Source: Chiloscyllium plagiosum
Taxonomy: Eukaryota
Direction of reading: 5' to 3'
DNA length: 64,000 nt
Assembly: GCF_004010195.1 (NCBI RefSeq)
Contig: NC_057719.1
Coordinates: 42,548,742-42,612,741, forward strand
Under the pieces are notes generated by a model. The model was not told the DNA's origin. It made no database searches and saw nothing but the letters and a program-made list of their open reading frames with translations. How positions within the stretch are numbered: position 1 is the first letter of the stretch; every line of letters begins with the position of its first letter. Shown in pieces: positions 1 to 11,560 of the stretch. A program made the position numbers and the translations under genes.

Positions 1-298
1 GAAGTCTTGGAGGAGGTGGAGGGCGTGGGTGATGTCTCAAACATATGTGGGGAGTTCCTGGACTAGGGAGGATAGGACAGTGTCGAGGTAGGTAGAGATG
101 AGTTGAGTGGGGCAGGAGCATGCTGAGACAATGGGTCGGCCAGGGTAGTCAGGCTTGTGGATCTTGGGAAGTAGGTAGAACCGGGTAGTGCGGGGTTCCC
201 GGACTATGAGGTTGGAAGCTGTGGTTGGGAGATCACCTGAGGTGATGAGGTTCTGTATGGTCTGGGAGATCATGGTTTGGTGATGGGGGGTGGGGTGT
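1..298 (-). mobile_element. Penelope-like retroelement RT fragment (runs off window start)
   Basis: ORF 37-273 contains PRTTRFYLLPKIHKPDYPGRPIVS...LVQELPTYV, the typical PLE RT N-terminal motif (FY.LPKIHK...RPIVS). Confidence 0.85.
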
Positions 299-299
299 C

Positions 300-620
300 A
301 GCCTGAAATATTAACCAGGGAAGTGGGTGAAATTGATTGCAAGGACACAGAGGTTGTGATGATGATTGAAGATGAAGGGTTTAATCTTCCCAATGTTTTA
401 CAGAAATAAATAATGGGGATGAGGGATCAAAATGGAAGTGAAGGAACATTTGAGCAAATTGAAGCGTCTTCTTAAATGGAAGGCCAAAGGCTGAACAGTT
501 GCTTTTTGAAAAACAGTTACAAGTGACCTTGAGAAGAATTTTTCCAAAGGAAGAGATGAAGAAGGATGTGGAATAAAACAGTGGATGTGTTCGTGAGGTA
601 CAAGGAAGTGGACACATAGG
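300..620 (-). mobile_element. Old L2-like LINE relic
   Basis: Degenerate purine-rich sequence resembling the reverse complement of an L2 ORF2 segment; boundaries approximate. Confidence 0.35.
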
Positions 621-1679
621 AGAATGGTCTACTCCTGCACCTATTGTCTATTGTCTATTGTTTTGTGATTGAAATCATGCGAGAGGCAGCTGGGAATGGC
701 AAGGTCAACAGCGTGGCTGTGAAGAGCAGAGGAGAGTTTAAATATTCTCTTATGAACTTCGTGGATGATAAATATGGATGAAAATGGAATAGTGTAGGAT
801 AGATGGGCATCAGATTGGTTTCACAGGTTGGCGCAACAGCGAGAGCCGAAGGGCCTGTACTGCAGTGTAATCTTCTATGTTCTAATTAACTCACAAGATG
901 ACAACCATATGATTCACATGGCAGAAGAAATCATTCAGAAAATACTTCAGTTTACATAGCACCCCTCACAGCCTCGGTATGCCCCACCTCACTTAAAAAC
1001 CGTAATGTTATGGTTTGTACTGTTACATTTTTTAATTGTTATAACATTAGAGCAAAATTACAACTTTTAAATATTTAGTTCAATTTCTGTTCTAAGCTCT
1101 AATGCAGAATCAGTATCTGCTCTCCTTTCCAGGTTATTGTTTACAATTCAGCTTTCGTGCTACATGAACAGCACTTGTAAAGTTAAAAAATTAAAGTACG
1201 AAGTAAACCATTCACAAGTACAGTGCTTGAAAAAAATTAAAGCAATGTCAGATCTGTTGGGATGGGCACTTCTTTTAAATTTTATCCTGCACCCTCAGCT
1301 CAAAGATTTGGTGCCATCATTTGCTGAATTGCAAACTGATAATAGAATGGTGAGGGCAAGGAGGAACTTAGTGAATGCAGGTATTAAAAGGGTACCTCCT
1401 TGACTGATGAGATATAGCAATTGAGGAAGAAATGGAGAAATGGTTGCAAAGTGGGGAGTAAAGTTAAATCAGGCACAGAAACTAATAAAAAGATTAAAAG
1501 GGAAAGAAAAGAGAGGGAACAAAATAAATACAGAAAGGAAAAGTTTTTTCAAAAAAAAATTAAAATGTCACTTTTTTTAATATCTCAAATAACAATTTAC
1601 TAATGGCGGAGGAAGACTGAACAATTTATGTCACTCCCTTTAAAAGCCAGAGAGACTAACTAACTTTTCATTTAACCTA

Positions 1680-1795
1680 TTTTCCTAATCAACCTATTCA
1701 GAGACATTATTACACACCTCTGGAGCAGGAGGGACTTGACCCCAGGCAGCCTGATCCATGGATAGGGACACTACCACTTGCACCACAAGTGGGTC
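1680..1795 (-). repeat. Short tRNA-head SINE-like repeat
   Basis: Similar copies at about 29195-29305 (-) and 39231-39340 (+); B-box-like GGTTCA/GTCAAGTCC on the minus strand. Confidence 0.5.
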
Positions 1796-3019
1796 CCCAA
1801 CATTTCACTTAAAAATTCTTTCATTGTTAAAAGTACTTAATTGTATTAAGATCGAATAGGCTAATAGCCAAAGTGCCAATCCAGCAATTAACATACAAGT
1901 AGGAGGCCAAGGGAGAGATGCTGTTCACATGAACCAAACTGCACATTAAATTTCTACCAACCAGCAAGTTCTAGAAATGGGGAACTCTTTCTCCCCTGAA
2001 CTTGCTCATTGATTTTGCGTATTAAGACACAACAACAAAGTTTGTCAACACTGCATTATTTTACCAGCAGATCGTGGGTGAATATTTGCTTAAAGTAAAA
2101 CAGTAAAACTGACTACAAATTTGAAAAAAGTTTTAAATGGGCAACTGTAGTATTAATATAAAAGTAATCAAATCCACTAACAATTTTTCTGGTTAAATGT
2201 TAACACGCAAAATTTACAAACTGTCCATGAGAATTCAAGCACAACAGAGTTATGTTTTGGCAGCACATAAAGCTTATAAAAGTTAAACTTCACCAAAAAA
2301 AGAATAAAATGTCCTCCCAGGTATTCTTTTAAAAGAAAATCTAGTAACACCTGCTGATTACTAACTGAGCTGCTGACTACACACTATTAAAATTCTTTGA
2401 ATACTTGTCAAGTAATGTTCTAAAATATGCAGTTTTCCTATGGTTCCTTAGTTCTGAGCCCTTTAAGTTTGCTTTAATATGTAAAAGAGCAGTCGGAACA
2501 TGGCTCTCTACTTTCCCAGGTTCTTCAGGTTGAGAATTCATAAAATACATTATAAACATCTGTGCTTAGTTTTTAAGTTATTCTTGCATGTTTGTTCAAC
2601 AGCTTAACACTTTCCATTTTAATGTACTTTCCATTTTGTTCACAAAGACTAAAGTATTGCAGATGCTGGAAATCAGAAACAAAGAGAGAAAACAGTAGTG
2701 GAAACACTCAAGGCAGGCAGCACATCAAGAGAACAAAAAAATCTTTTTTTTTTTAAACAGTCCCTTTCCTAAGAACTGAATATATTAGCAACAAAGCATT
2801 TTCAAACAGGAACAGAATCATGACAGGGAAGAGGGGAGATTAAAGGAAGACAGAAAAGAAAGACAAGAAATTGAATACGAGAAAAGTTCTCACATGAAAG
2901 CAGAAGAGAATAAAGAAATCAGAGTAGCCACCAATATTTCTAGTAGCCGTCTATGCTCAATATTTAATATCTTCATAGTTTTTAAAATATTTTAAAATAA
3001 CTGTTAAGGCAGTTGGTAA

Positions 3020-3825
3020 AATATAAAACAAAAAAAGTGTGAGGTTATGCACTAGTAGGAAGATTAGAGGAGTAGACTATTTTCTAAACAGGGAAATGCT
3101 TTGGAAATCTGGCACACAAAGGACCTTGGGAGTCCTAGTTCAGGATTCTCCTAAGGCTAACATGCAGGTTCAGTCCACAGTTAGGAAGGCAATGCAATGT
3201 CAGCATTCATTTCAAGAGGGCGAGATTATGAGAGCATAAATGTACTACTGATGCTGTATAAGGCTCTGGTCAGATTGCATTTGGAAGATTGTGAGCAGTT
3301 TGGGCCCAGGATCTAAGGAAGGATGTGCTGACGTTGGAGGGGTTCCAGAGGAGATTTACAAGAATGATCCAAGGGATAATGGCTTGTCATGAGGAGCTGT
3401 TGAGAACTCTATGTCTGTAGTCAGTATAGTGTATAAGGATGAGTGGAGATCTGCTCAAAACTTACAGAGTACTGAGAGGCCTGGATACAGTGGACATGAA
3501 GAAAATGTTTCCATTTTAGGAGAGGCTAGGACCCAAGTCCACAACCTCTGAGTGAAGGGACAACTCTTTAGAATTGAGATGAGGAGGAATTTCTTCAGAC
3601 GGAGGGTGATTAATATGTGGAACTCATTGCCACAGAAGGCAGTGGAGGTCAAGTTATTCAGCGTATTTAAGACAGATAAGTCCTTGATTAGTAAGAAGAT
3701 CAAGGTTTACAGGAAGAAGGCAGGAGAATGGGGCTGAGAAACATATCAACCAGGTTTGCAAGGTGGAGCAGACTCATTAGGCCAAATAGCCTAATGGTGC
3801 TCCTACATGTTATGGTTTTATGATC
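3020..3825 (+). mobile_element. CR1 LINE 3' fragment
   Basis: Decayed LGVLVQDSPKANMQV and FRIEMRRNFF..RVINMWNSLP motifs; CR1-type 3' UTR with a (TTATGG)-like tail. Confidence 0.85.
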
Positions 3826-4399
3826 TAAAACCTTTCATCTTTGTTCTCAGTGCCTTGTTGCAGCTTGAACAATGAGGTTCAGCACAGTCAACTGCTGTAT
3901 GAATGGAAGCTGATTCTTTTCAAAGGAAAAGGGCCAACTTCATGTAATTAAAATTATGCATAAATATTGGATGCCTGCACTGAAGATTTGAATATTCAGC
4001 AGAACTTGGGAAAAAAAAGTTAATTAATTATCAAAGCACTCACTGTTCTAAACAATCAAACTAATCCTTAGTAAAAGCACATACACAATTCAAACTAATT
4101 GTTTTGAAATAGGTATTCAGAAATGTTGATTTAAGTGCCCACACATGAGTAGAATGAGCTTTAAATTTCAGTCATAGACCCTACATGCCAGAAAACTGCA
4201 CAAGGAAATATTCATGAGGGCTGCAGAAAAAAAAATGGTTATTACTGTTGTCATTTTTGTCTTGTATAGTGGCTTATTGCTACTGTCCATATTGCTACTA
4301 TTCCAGCTACACAAAGATTTATTTTTGTCCCAGTTTTAGTTCTCGTCTACTTGCTTCCTTTCAAAAACATCTAGTTCCACATGTATGCTGATAATAGCG

Positions 4400-5040
4400 A
4401 GCACTATCTCATCACTACCTCTTTCCGTATTATCAGAATGCATGGTTGACATCTAATCCTCAATTAGCATAAATTTACATAAACTAAAGATCGGAAAACC
4501 AAAGCCATTGCCTTCAGTCCCTACTATAAACATGATTTCCCAACAATCATTCCATTTAACTATCTGTTCACTCATTCAAGCTGAACAACACTGTTCACAG
4601 CCTGGGCATTCCACATGACCAAGCTGTGGTTCTGACCCAATGTCATGAGAAAGGTAACTATAATAAAATGACCAATCTTAGCCTGTGCCTCAGCATCATT
4701 CCTTTACTCTCAAATTAAAGTATTCAAATGGTCTCCCATTCTTCCACTTGATACAAAACCTTGACCAAATCCATAAATCTTCTGGCTATATCTTTTCTCA
4801 CACCAAGATCTGCATTTCCACCAATCATATTCTTACTAGTTCTACAATTCCTCTACTTTAAAAACTGTTTTTCAATCCCTCCATGACAATGCACGTCCAT
4901 GTTTCTGAAATCTCATCCAACGCTACAACTTTGAGCTCTCTGCAGGTTTCCAATTTTTGCCTCTTGTGAAATGTCCATTTTATTCACACCATATTTGTTT
5001 ACAATTCATTCAGGCATCTAGACCCTAATCTCTGGAATAG
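4400..5040 (+). mobile_element. L2-like LINE relic
   Basis: Degenerate L2 ORF2 C-terminal phrases (...KTKAIAF..., LWNS); similar to 38330-39120 and 40080-40560. Confidence 0.45.
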
Positions 5041-5127
5041 TGATTCATGGGTCATTTGCATTACTAGAGCGTAAAATTGGAGCTATACTGTCATGGCATT
5101 CATGTCATGGGCAGCACAGTGGTGCTT

Positions 5128-5450
5128 GGCGGCATGGTGGCTCAGTGGTTAGCACTGCTGCCTCACAGCACCAGGGACCTGGGTTTGGTTCCTGCCTCGG
5201 GTGACTGTTTGGAGTTTGCACGTTTTCCCCGTGTCTGCGTGGGTTTCCTCCGGGTGCTCCGGTTTCCTCCCCCAATCCAAAGATGTGCATCTGAGGAATT
5301 GGCTATGCCAAATTATCTATAGTGTTAGGTGCATTAGTCAGGGATAAATATAGGGGAGGGAAATGGGTCTAAGTGGGTTACTCTTCGGAGGGTCAGTGTG
5401 GACTTGTTGGGTCGAAGGGCCTGTTTCCATACTGTAAGGAATCTAATGTA
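5128..5450 (+). mobile_element. HE1-type V-SINE (tRNA-derived)
   Basis: A-box TGGCTCAGTGG, B-box-like motif, V-domain TGGAGTTTGCAC..TCCCCGTGTCTGCGTGGGTTTCC and CR1-like tail; near-identical copies at 54017 and 59732. Confidence 0.85.
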
Positions 5451-5684
5451 ATATATACCTGAAACATGCTGGCACCAATGTTCTTGCAGACTACAAAACT
5501 GAGGAAGTAAAAAGGACTTTGAATGAAATAGTGGACAGTATATCAAATGTAGAAAGATGTAAAAACAAATTGGGAGGAGGAAAACAGTAAAATGGAAAAT
5601 GTGGGTCAGAGAATTGCAGGAAGGGACAGAGAGAAAGAAAAACTAGGAATACATCAACAAGTAAGACAGGATGTTACAAAGCAA

Positions 5685-5905
5685 ACAGAAAAACAAAGCT
5701 GAAACAGAAGTTGCTGGAAAAGCTCACCAGGTCTAATAGCATATATGAAGAGAAATCAGAGTTAATGTTTCAGGTCCAGTGACCCTTCCTCAGAACTGCT
5801 TTTAACTTTGATTTCTCTTCACAGATGCTACCAGACCTGCTAAGCTTTTCCAGCAACTTCTGGTTTTGTTTCTGATTTACAGCATCCAGAGTTCTTTCAG
5901 TTTTT
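5685..5905. mobile_element. Palindromic Penelope-end-derived non-autonomous element with hammerhead-like core
   Basis: Inverted arms CAGAAGTTGCTGGAAAAGCT.../...AGCTTTTCCAGCAACTTCTG; the minus strand at 5760-5797 reads AGTT CTGAGGA A GGGTC ACTG GACCT GAAA CATT AACT. Confidence 0.65.
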
Positions 5906-6390
5906 AAAAGACAAAACTAATGGCTCCATATCTAAACATGTGTAGCATTCCTAAAACAAACAAATTCATAGCATACATTGAATGAAATATGATCTGACAA
6001 TCATTTCAGAGACCTGGTTGCAGGATGACAAGGATTGGTCCTGATAATGGAAGAACATGTGGCATTCAGAACGAATCGGATGCTAGATAAAGGTGGAAGG
6101 GTAGATTGTTAGAAAAAGATGGCTTTTGCGCAATACTGAGGTATGACTTGGTCCAGGAAATCAGGATGTGGAATAAGCTGATCAACGAGACAGCAATAAT
6201 CATGAGTGACTTCAGTCCACACAAACTGGGAAAAAAAAAATCAGACTGGCAGTAGTAATCTATTAATTTATGGAATGCTTTTCAAGGTTTTTTTTAAAGC
6301 ATCACAGTCTGGAACTGACCAGAACAATGTTCCCTCTACCATGCTGTTGTTGGGAGGTCCTGGGCATGCTGACTGATGTACTGATGCATT

Positions 6391-6780
6391 GGGGGTCGGG
6401 GAGTCCAGAACTAGAGGGCATAGGTTTAGGATGAAAGATATAAAAGAGATCGAAGGGGCAACTTTTTCCACGCAGAGGGTGGTGCGTGTATGGAATGGAG
6501 CTGCCAGAGGAAGTGGTGGAGGCTGGTACAATTACAACATTTAAAAGGCATTTGATTGGGTATATGAATAGGAAGGGTTTGGAGGGATATGGGCCGGGTG
6601 CTGGCAGGTGGGACTAGATTGGGTTGGGATATCTGGTCAGCATGGACGAGTTGGACTCTGAGCCTGCACCACCATTCAATATGATCATGGCTGATCATGC
6701 AATCTCAGTACCCCATTCCCACTTTCTCTCCATTCCTCTTGAGCCCTTTATCTGCAATGGCCACATCCAGCTCCCTCTTA
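6391..6780. mobile_element. CR1 3' fragment (+, 6391-6657) joined to an inverted CR1 tail (-, 6658-6780)
   Basis: SRTRGH...FFTQRVVRVWN-type end, followed by the reverse-complement tail CCATTCAATATGATCATGGCTGATC. Confidence 0.75.
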
Positions 6781-7542
6781 AATACATCTGTGCACAGCAA
6801 CAGCTTCTGGAAATCAATGTGTCCATGCATCGATTGACACATGTTGATCTTCTGCTGTGCAGCTCAGAGGGAACTCAGCAACCATAATATGATTGAATTT
6901 TATATTCAGTGAAAAAGAGAGTAGATTGAATCATGACTAATACTTTAAATAAGGTCAACTATGTGGGTATGAAAACCGAACTAGCTGAAATGAGCTGGCT
7001 TCCGAGGCAGGGGAATAAAACAAGGAGTAGCATATATTTAAAAGGGGATATGTCAGAATATGTATATTCCTAATATAACAAAAAGAATTCCAAAGGAAGG
7101 ATCGATCATCTGTAAGAAGTTAGGAAAGTATGAAACATAAGAAAAAGGAAGTCATTGCACAAAGATGAGTCGTAAATCAGAATATAGAATGGCAGATAGT
7201 GACTGAAAAGTTAATCAAAATGAAGAAAAAGCAAAAGTAACAGAGGAAGCTGGCTATGAATGTAAAAATAGATAACAGTTTCTATAAGTAATGATCACTG
7301 GTCTGTTAGAGTCAAAATCGGGACTAATAATGAGGAGTTGGCAAAGTATGTTGTGAAGAAGATATAAGGAGATTGCAAACAGATAAAGAAATTGTTCACT
7401 TTTGCAGGAAAAATGAAAGGATAGAGTATTACTTAAATGAAGAATGACTATGGACTTTCAAGATGTATCAGCCACTGATCCTATCTTGTAATATATAAAT
7501 ATGCTTACATCCTTTCATACACTGTGCAGCATTTCTTATAAG

Positions 7543-7908
7543 CAGAGATGACCTGGGGGTTGCAATGAGAGGGACAAACTCACTGAGATTCTTGTGGAAA
7601 GAGGAGGAGAACTTCTTCAAGGTAAGCATCCTTGCAAGGGGATTCGCAATAAGGTTAAAATCAACTAGGCAAAAGTGAGGACTGCAGATGATGGAAATCA
7701 GAGTCAGGATTAGAATGGTGCTGGAAAAGCACAGCGGGTCAGGCAGCATCCGAGGAGCAGGAAAATCGATGCTTCGGGCAAAAGGGTCCTGATGAAGGGC
7801 TTTTGCCCAAAATGTTTTGCCCAAGATGCTGCCTGACCCGCTGTGCTTTTCCAGCACCATTCTATTCCTGACTCTGATTGCCAGCATCTGCAGTCCTCAC
7901 TTTTGCGT
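7543..7908. mobile_element. Palindromic Penelope pLTR-derived insertion with 15-bp TSD
   Basis: Inverted arms 7669-7750 / 7825-7906; direct repeat AGCATTTCTTATAAG at 7528-7542 and 7909-7923; CTGATGAAGGGCTTTTGCCC at 7789-7808. Confidence 0.85.
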
Positions 7909-8790
7909 AGCATTTCTTATAAGAACATCTTTCCCATGAAGCTAACTACAATGACAGCATTTCAGCTAGATATTCTTCCCAATGCAATACTGTCCTCTAA
8001 GTGACATAATAAAACAAATCAGTTGCTTATCAATAGTATTTTATGACAAGCACTCTTGACACAGTAGACATTGAACTGTACTTTCAATGTGTGATTAAAG
8101 AGTCTATATGTTAGTTTTTGGACTGAATGGAGTCAAATTCTCCACTACAAAACTGTAGTGGAATTGCTGGAGTGCAACAATAATGTCTTCATCATTTAAA
8201 AGGCATTCATTCATGTCAGGAAGTGGGGAGTAAACCACATCCATTCTTGCACTAATGCTCCATTCCAGTATTTGTACTCATATTAGGACCTCCTATTCAG
8301 ACTGCACTCAGATCTATAACAATCATGGACTTGAATAACATTAGCAATGAAAATTATTAAAAGATACTGTTTTATACAATAAAATTATTTGTTGATATTA
8401 ATAGTGACAATACAATTGTTGTATCAAAATGTCATAAACACAGTAAGGAGAGGTTTTTAATTCACAATGCCACATTTATAAATGCCTTTATTTGTTACCA
8501 TTTTCACTAAACATAAAAAATAATACAATTCAAGAAAATGGCCTTATAGTGTTTCTGCCATTACAAAATAAAACCCTTAATCCACACCATAAGATCAAAT
8601 AGTACACTATAGCAATTTGCACTAAATCGTCATATGTGAACGAGATGCTCCCTTGCAAGGTTTGACATAAGTAAAGTCATTTACCAATTCTGCATATTAA
8701 ACTTTGATAATAGTAAAATATCTGTTCAAACAGAATGTGTGAAAAGAAATGTGTTGTAGTACTTCCACTGGAATCAATGACAAATCTTAC

Positions 8791-8836
8791 CTCTTTTGTG
8801 AAGCCACCCCTCCTTCACGATGGTACTTTCAGTCAT
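8791..8836 (-). CDS. AKT1: AKT1 (RAC-alpha Ser/Thr kinase) first coding exon, PH-domain N-terminus; remaining exons lie beyond the window start
   Basis: ATG ACT GAA AGT ACC ATC GTG AAG GAG GGG TGG CTT CAC AAA AGA G|gtaag = MTESTIVKEGWLHKR(G), a 46-nt coding exon with a phase-1 donor, as in vertebrate AKT genes. WLHKR (not AKT3 WVQKR) and head-to-head synteny with ZBTB42 favour AKT1. Confidence 0.9.
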
Positions 8837-8932
8837 AGTGATTACAAAAAAATTAAATAGCAGGAAAACTTCACTTTAAGAGAAAGTTAACTCGAAGATT
8901 CCTGATTGAAACTCCCTGTTCGTCACAACAAC
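8837..8932 (-). other. AKT1: AKT1 5' UTR part of the first coding exon
   Basis: Polypyrimidine tract plus acceptor cttgctttttgtctctaacgcag| ending at 8933 on the minus strand; no upstream ATG in the exon; A at -3 of the start codon. Confidence 0.7.
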
Positions 8933-8999
8933 CTGCGTTAGAGACAAAAAGCAAGAATTAGTATGGGTAATTCTATCAGTTAGCAAGCTTGTCTGGGAT

Positions 9000-9510
9000 A
9001 GGACAAGGTGGGCGTCCACAAACAGTCAGTGATTTCCAAGCTCATATGAACTTCTGAACTAATTTTAATGAACGGCAAGGAACGTAACGCGCCCGGCGCA
9101 GCACCGACACCGAGCATCCTGTTCAGCGGGCACAGCCACAGGACAAGCGGCTCCTGGGGCGTCCGGCCGAGAGGGAAGCCCGGGGTAAGGGGCTGAGCGA
9201 TCTCCCATCTCCGGACAGGCAAATGGAGACAGGCCGAGGCAGGCCTGTAGGCGCTGGGATGGTCCTCAGTGGATAGTTTACCATGAGCCTTGCTTTCCTA
9301 CCTGTAGCTAGTCGGCTCCGGGGCCCTACCTCCCTGTACCGCTCCTACATTCAGCTCCGGATCGTCAGGCAGGTTCACAGGGCAGTGCAGCTGCAGTAAG
9401 CGGTGGGACAGCTTCTTCCTTTTGTGAAAATGGGTGACGTTAGGCTGGCCTGGGCTCCCCAACACGTCAGTACGGGGGCTTCACAACGCCCAGGCGAACT
9501 CGACATTCTT
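9000..9510 (-). promoter_or_regulatory. CpG island: AKT1 promoter and non-coding first exon
   Basis: Sharp GC/CpG enrichment in an AT-rich background; candidate minus-strand donors CAG|GTAGGA (exon end 9302) and GAG|GTAGGG (9330); CRE-like TGACGT at 9435-9440 and CACGTCA at 9463-9469. Confidence 0.7.
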
Positions 9511-10124
9511 AACTAGCAGTAAATACAGTCATCAGTAGGTTCCACTGAATGACTCCTGCAATTAACAAACAGTGAACAAAGTAGCGACTCAGGCTCACAG
9601 CGAGGATCAAGATAACTGTCAGTAAACAATTCACAGAAACTGACGAGATAAGCAACTCTTTGGGCTCAACAACCAAATTAAAATGCTACTGTGGGTCAAC
9701 AACTGGAATGGCCATATCTCAAAGCAACTCCTGGGAGCAGCACAAAACAAAACCAATAACTGGAGCAAACTATACAGGTGGACAGTGAACAAAATCACTA
9801 TTTCCATTCAAAGATTTTGTTTAAAAAAGGGCCTTACCTTATCAGAAATTGACTGTGTCAAATTTCATGGAGGGTTTCTCCCAGAGAGGTTGATCAAGTT
9901 TTCTCAAGCTATCATCCCAAACTCACTTCATTAACTAGGTGTCATGCCCATGACAGCCTGCTTGTCCAATGCTAGCCAATTCACCATAAGCTGAAGTACT
10001 CATCCCAGGATTCTTGGCACTAGCTCATTATTTAAAAGGCCATTGTGCACCCGAGAGCTTGCAGTCCAGAGCCGCCCTGCGTGATCAATGATATTTGCTC
10101 CTGATTACGTAGATAATGGAGAAT

Positions 10125-10330
10125 TATTGCCTCGCTTTTTAGACATGGACCAGGAGGCTTTGGTAGAAAGGGTGGTGCTGAGGAGGACCGTCCTCCTATC
10201 CCAGTCTGGCAGAGGTGGTCTGGGCACCAGACCCTGCCAGCCTGTTCCAAAGTTGCCACTTGGGTGAGTGTGGTTTCCAGAGTCAGGGGAAACACCCAAC
10301 AATGCAGGAAGACAGTCAATGCCATTTCCA
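10125..10330 (+). mobile_element. PIF/Harbinger Myb/SANT-like ORF relic
   Basis: Frameshifted translation LPRFLDMDQEALVERVVLRRTVL...QTLPACSKVATWVSVVSRVRGNTQQCRKTVN resembles Harbinger Myb/SANT DNA-binding proteins. Confidence 0.55.
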
Positions 10331-10706
10331 CTCCATCAGCATAAGCACTAGTAATGCTTCTCTGTTCTCTCATACTCAATTTATCTCTGCCACTACAGCC
10401 ATCTCCTATCAAAGTTCATGCTATTATCACTACTGCATATCACATCTTCCCTCACAGACTGTCACCGTCCCAACCCTCCATTCTTGTAACTCAGCATGGC
10501 CTGTGCACTGAGTCCTGACACCTCACCACTTTTCCCCACCCGCACCAACAAACATGCCACTCACTTTCACTTCACTTTGCTTTCTCTCATGGAGAAAACA
10601 ATCCATAACTGTGCCAACACAGCCAGCATAAATAGTGAATGGGATGCCCAACGTTTGGTTCTCCACCTGCAATGAAGAGATGACCTTGACCCTTGTGTCA
10701 GCAACT

Positions 10707-11560
10707 GAGTCACAGAGTCGTAGAAATGTACAGCATGGAAACAGACCCTTCCATTCAACTTGTCCATGCTGACCAGATATCCTAAATAAATTTAGTCCCA
10801 TTTGCCAGCACTTGGCCCATATCCCTCTAAACCCTTCCTATTCATATACCCATGCAGATACCTTCTAAACGTTGTAATTGACCAGCCTCCAGCACTTCTG
10901 GCAGCTTATTCCATATACACACCACTTTCTGCATGAAAAGGTTGTCCCTTAGCACCCTTTTAAATCTTGCCCCTCCCACCTTGAAGCTACGCCCTCTAGT
11001 TTTGGATTCCCCCACTCTGGAAAAAGGACCTTGTGTATTTACCCTATCATGCCCCTCATGATTTTATAAATCTCCACATGGTCACCCATCAGCCTCCGAT
11101 GCTCCAGGGAAGACAGTCCCAACCTATTCAGCCTCTCCCAATAGCTCAAACCCTCCAACGTTCTTGCAAATCATTTCTGGACCCTTTCGAGTTTCACAAC
11201 ATCCTTCCAATAGGTGAGAGACCAGAATTGCACACAGTATTCCAAAAGTGGCCTCATCAATATTCTGTACAGCTGCAACATAACCACACAATTCTATACT
11301 CAATGCACTGACCAATAAAGGCAAGCATACCAAACACCTTCTTCACTATCCTATCTACCTGTGACTCCACTTTCAGGGAACTATGAGCTTGCACTCCAAA
11401 GTCTCTTTGTTCAGCACTACTCCCGAGGATATTACCATTAGGTGTATAAGTCCTGCCCTGATTTGTCAATCCAAACTCCATCTGCCACTCCTCGGCCCAT
11501 TGGCCCATCTCATCAAGATCACATTGTATTCTCAGGTAAGCTTCTTCATTGTCCACTACA
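10707..11560 (-). mobile_element. CR1 LINE 3' portion
   Basis: RIQCDLDEMGQWAEEWQMEF...RDFGVQAHSSLKVESQVDRIVKK; GACTCT-type tail at about 10707. Confidence 0.9.

Noticed and set aside
5128..5200. tRNA-like A/B boxes
   Set aside because: These are heads of V-SINEs continuing into the V-domain and a LINE tail, not tRNA genes.
1..8790. Further AKT1 coding exons (GEYIKTWRPRYF...)
   Set aside because: Not found by eye on the minus strand; presumably beyond the window start.
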